Source: a virus
Taxonomy: Duplodnaviria > Caudoviricetes
Length of the DNA: 25,211 nucleotides
Direction: 5' to 3' (one strand)
Virus record (IMG/VR): IMGVR_UViG_3300035148_000116
Span: 1 to 25,211 of that record
The notes beneath the pieces are model-generated. The model saw nothing but the letters and a program-made list of their open reading frames with translations, was not told the DNA's origin and did no database searches. This document shows positions 22,418 to 25,211 of the stretch, piece by piece (within the stretch, counting starts at the first letter, position 1; each line of letters starts with the position of its first letter). The position numbers and the translations under genes were made by a program.

Positions 22418-24502
22418 CTAGAACTTGGCACGGAGTTCCCCGCATTCCCAACGATCCACTGGGATAACGTAGGGCTTCCGTATCCCAGCCAAGACCGTGT
22501 CGTATCGCTTCCAGCCCCAAGTTGACAGCTGGTTCGCGATTAGCTTCGTAGTTCCTGGCGAGCCGTGGTCACGTGCGGAGTACCCGGCCATCGCCATAAT
22601 CTCCGACAGCTTCATTACGAACACATCCGCTCCGTGATGCTTCGCCCGCTTGAGGTTACTGGCGTCCCGCAGCACATCCTCCAGCAGCGTAAGAGATTCG
22701 TTGTGAACCACATACTCTTCCACACCCGAAGTCTTAACGGCCAGAACCTGTGATGGATCGACACTCCCGAGGCCGTGCAGATACATGGCCTCCGCCCAGA
22801 GCTGTTCCCTATCATCCTCCAGCTTCTTGAACATGACCTGTTCAGCGGGAACGATCACATACCGACGGTAGCCTGACGGGTCGTGCGACAGGAAGTGGGC
22901 GTTGTTCGTGCTGCCGTACAGGACGCACCGCCGCTTGTAGGTCTTTTCAATGCGACCGTAGGGAGGGCGGAATACGTCGGTGGGGCTGGTGATAATAGCC
23001 TTCAGCCCTTCCACGTCCCGCTTGTTCATGGCCTCCAGCTCTTCGAAGCTGACGCACCACCCGCGATGGAACAGCGCCTTGAAGTCCTTGCCATCATCGC
23101 TGTGAGTCATGGGCACGACCTCGTCAGGCCCGAATAGTATTCGCGGGAGACTGGACTTGCCGATGGCCTGCGGGCCGTTCGTGATTAGCATCCAATCCAC
23201 TAGACAGCCGGGCTCGAGGCGGCGCTTGACCGCAGCGACCATGAACTTGAGACCTGCCTCCCGTACGAGGGGAGTGTCGGGTGCGCCGATGTAATCAATG
23301 AGCCATGTATCCAGGCGGGGCTTGCGATCCCACTTTAGGGACTTGAGCCACTCGTTGATGGGGCTGCGCTGGTCGTTTTCAGCTATCTGGCGGATGGCCT
23401 CGTACACGTCCTGACGCCGTGCGGTGGGGATGCTGAGGTTGTACTGAAGATAGCACAGGACGGCGTTGGTGTCGCCCTCTTTGAAGGGCTGATCACCGTT
23501 CATCATCTGGTTGCTGTCCAGGTTGACCCAGAACTGGTCGGCGAAGGCCTCGTGCTGCTGAACTAGGGTATGGACGTTGGAGGCGTTGGGTATGATCTCC
23601 TGCCGCTGATTCTCGGCCCGGCCCACGAGCTTCGTTACGAGGTTGAAGCGGTTAATGAGGGCGATGGGCGGTTCCACCATATCCACCCGCCCGTTGACCA
23701 TAGGCTCGGGGGTAAGTCCCTCAAACTGCTCTGGGCCTTCCCACTCGACTATAAGGTCGTCGATCTTCTTGTCTCGGGGCGGAACGCGGACTTCCACCTG
23801 GAAGCCAAGTTCGTTTATCAGTCCGATCATGCCGCCGTAAGCGGTCTTTATCTGGAAGCGCCGATAGTCACCATCCGGCACGACTATAACGAGCTCGGGG
23901 GCGCGGCGCTGAATTGCCTGAACTATCCACGGATGCAGCCGGTTGTCGCCCGAAGAGGCCCGCCAGTTCCAGCACCCGCCGATGGCAATAGCCGGTATCT
24001 TCAGGTGGGCCATGATTGCTGCGGCCTTTTTCTCACCTTCCGTGATGATAATGCGCTTGCTATCCAGAGACCAGAAATCTGGGTGGATGTACGGAATGTG
24101 AGCCAGCGTTTCGCCGATTAGCGAAGCAGGAGGCTGGAGGTACTTTCTCTTGCGTTCCTTAGGGTCAGCCGTTTCCGGTACGAAACGACGCCTGCGGTGC
24201 ATTGTCAGGAAGCCGTTGTTGTCCTTTAGGACGTTGCCCTGCAGATCGAAGTATGGGATGTAATACGATACGCGGCCAATCTGGTCACCGAGTGGTGCGC
24301 TGATCGCGTTGGGAACCGACTTGATATAATCTGGCGTGAGGCCGCTTCGTGCAAGGTCTTGCTTCATGGCCGCTTCGCTGTCTGCGAAGAGGTCCTCGGT
24401 CTTTAGGCCGATGAATGTTACCTTGGCTGATGCGGCCTGCTCAGTGGGACGATGCCAGTTATACCAGTCGTATGAATACTTCTGTGACGACGGTAGCCTC
24501 AT
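22418..24502 (-). CDS. Primase-helicase: N-terminal TOPRIM-like (DUF3854-type) primase plus C-terminal VirE/VapE-type SF3 helicase (694 aa)
   Basis: IIITEGEKKA and VPDGD TOPRIM motifs. WL.SL.WD..PRL, Walker A GPQAIGKS, Walker B VSFEEL, FRPPYGR, motif C GSTNN and D.SG.RRY. Confidence 0.88.
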   Translation of the reverse strand: MRLPSSQKYSYDWYNWHRPTEQAASAKVTFIGLKTEDLFADSEAAMKQDLARSGLTPDYIKSVPNAISAPLGDQIGRVSYYIPYFDLQGNVLKDNNGFLTMHRRRRFVPETADPKERKRKYLQPPASLIGETLAHIPYIHPDFWSLDSKRIIITEGEKKAAAIMAHLKIPAIAIGGCWNWRASSGDNRLHPWIVQAIQRRAPELVIVVPDGDYRRFQIKTAYGGMIGLINELGFQVEVRVPPRDKKIDDLIVEWEGPEQFEGLTPEPMVNGRVDMVEPPIALINRFNLVTKLVGRAENQRQEIIPNASNVHTLVQQHEAFADQFWVNLDSNQMMNGDQPFKEGDTNAVLCYLQYNLSIPTARRQDVYEAIRQIAENDQRSPINEWLKSLKWDRKPRLDTWLIDYIGAPDTPLVREAGLKFMVAAVKRRLEPGCLVDWMLITNGPQAIGKSSLPRILFGPDEVVPMTHSDDGKDFKALFHRGWCVSFEELEAMNKRDVEGLKAIITSPTDVFRPPYGRIEKTYKRRCVLYGSTNNAHFLSHDPSGYRRYVIVPAEQVMFKKLEDDREQLWAEAMYLHGLGSVDPSQVLAVKTSGVEEYVVHNESLTLLEDVLRDASNLKRAKHHGADVFVMKLSEIMAMAGYSARDHGSPGTTKLIANQLSTWGWKRYDTVLAGIRKPYVIPVDRWECGELRAKF

Positions 24503-24505
24503 TAC

Positions 24506-24559
24506 TCACCCTGATAGTTGACGCTTGCTATTTGAGGCCGGCTGTGGTATGCTGCACAT
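24506..24559 (-). CDS. Putative 17-aa leader peptide MCSIPQPASNSKRQLSG upstream of the primase-helicase
   Basis: ATG 24559, TGA 24508-24506, ending one codon before and in frame with the primase ATG. Both starts follow GGGTGAGT. Confidence 0.3.
   Translation of the reverse strand: MCSIPQPASNSKRQLSG
24525..24553 (+). promoter_or_regulatory. sigma70-type promoter of a small antisense RNA
   Basis: TTGCTA-17 nt-TATGCT with extended -10 TG. Confidence 0.65.
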
Positions 24560-24624
24560 ACTCACCCGGTCCCGCAAAGGACCAGACCCCAGGGAGGCCA
24601 GCGACAACTGGCTTCCCCTTTTTT
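24560..24624 (+). ncRNA. Putative ~65-nt counter-transcribed antisense RNA
   Basis: Promoter, then a short single-stranded 5' tail, hairpin GGTCC-CGCAAA-GGACC, terminator GGGAGGCCAG-CGACAA-CTGGCTTCCC-CTTTTTT. Lies wholly within the predicted primase mRNA leader. Confidence 0.6.
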
Positions 24625-24654
24625 CCGACCTACTCGCAGTAGGGGCAAGTGCCA

Positions 24655-24683
24655 AGTGTACGCCGGGGCGGGGTCAAATGCAA
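24655..24683 (-). promoter_or_regulatory. sigma70-type promoter of the primase-helicase gene
   Basis: TTGCAT-17 nt-TACACT, giving a ~145-nt leader. Confidence 0.65.
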
Positions 24684-24790
24684 GCAGACATAAATCCCGC
24701 CAGTCTACAGCCTCATAGAGAGCCGCTGGAGCGTTTCGGCTATATTAGCCCACGCCCTAGTCATGGAATCACCTTGAGCGCATTTGACAG

Positions 24791-24819
24791 TTGCGCTGAC
24801 CACCGTGTGAGGGTATACT
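24791..24819 (+). promoter_or_regulatory. sigma70-type promoter of the rightward early operon
   Basis: TTGCGC-17 nt-TATACT, followed by an AAGGAG SD at 24846-24851. Confidence 0.65.
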
Positions 24820-24857
24820 GCCCTTGTACCACCCCGGTACGTCACAAGGAGAGCCAA

Positions 24858-25091
24858 ATGGCTGAGACCAAATCCCCAGCAATCGTCGAGTTCTTGGACA
24901 GCATGAGCAAGCAGTTGTTCGGCCGCTCACGCAGCGAGAGTATCGGCAACCGAGTGTGCGTTTCGTGCGGCAAATCGGCGCAAGGCTTCAGCAACGAGCA
25001 AGCCGCCAAAGAGTACACCATCAGCGGCCTGTGCGAAACCTGCCAGGACAAGGCGTTCGGCGCCGACGGCAACTACGTCAACCAGGACTAA
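24858..25091 (+). CDS. Small zinc-finger phage protein (77 aa)
   Basis: AAGGAG SD and ATG 24858. CVSC...EYTISGLCETCQD gives two CxxC pairs. Confidence 0.8.
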   Translation: MAETKSPAIVEFLDSMSKQLFGRSRSESIGNRVCVSCGKSAQGFSNEQAAKEYTISGLCETCQDKAFGADGNYVNQD

Positions 25092-25095
25092 GAAC

Positions 25096-25211
25096 ATGGC
25101 GCTCGCTAGGCCGTACAGAGTAGAGTATTTCAGGAACAGGGCAGGCAAGGCGAAGATTGTGAAGGTCGGCCACGCGGCGACAATCACCGGAGCGCTGAGG
25201 GCTGCCGTGAA
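25096..25211 (+). CDS. Hypothetical protein, truncated by the window end (MALARPYRVEYFRNRAGKAKIVKVGHAATITGALRAAV...)
   Basis: ATG 4 nt after the previous stop, AGGA upstream, open to the window edge. Confidence 0.6.
   Translation, partial: MALARPYRVEYFRNRAGKAKIVKVGHAATITGALRAAV

Noticed and set aside
22426-22440. Fifth sigma54 box (TGGCACGGAGTT, identical 12 nt to the first box)
   Set aside because: Lacks the -12 GC (reads TCCC) and lies within the primase coding end, so probably coincidental.
24525-24857. N-terminal extension making the zinc-finger ORF 188 aa
   Set aside because: It crosses a terminator and promoters. A strong AAGGAG SD and a promoter support ATG 24858.

Overview
The window is a ~25 kb segment of a tailed dsDNA phage or prophage with podovirus-type (short-tail) architecture, GC-rich, probably infecting a Proteobacterium. 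Bases ~160-20760 hold one contiguous minus-strand late/virion operon. In transcription order it encodes TerS, TerL, small proteins, a P22-like portal, scaffold, major capsid, decoration/fibre-like proteins, tail adaptor, nozzle, a GNAT-fold protein, three DNA-ejection proteins (one with an SLT lytic transglycosylase), a tail fibre, a putative adhesin and a lipoprotein. Next is a ~720 bp repeat-dense non-coding control region, a small plus-strand unit, a probable replication origin, a minus-strand TOPRIM-primase/VirE(SF3)-helicase gene, and the start of a divergent early operon. No integrase, recognisable endolysin, tRNA or CRISPR array was seen. The most striking non-coding signals are: (1) four sigma54 (-24/-12) consensus boxes arranged as two head-to-head palindromic pairs upstream of terS; (2) a plasmid-style antisense RNA plus leader peptide module in the primase-helicase leader; (3) a duplicated sigma70 promoter cassette that appears to give leaderless mRNAs; (4) interleaved inverted repeats (terminator switch or pseudoknot) after the capsid gene. 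All protein calls come from motif recognition and synteny by eye, with no database search.
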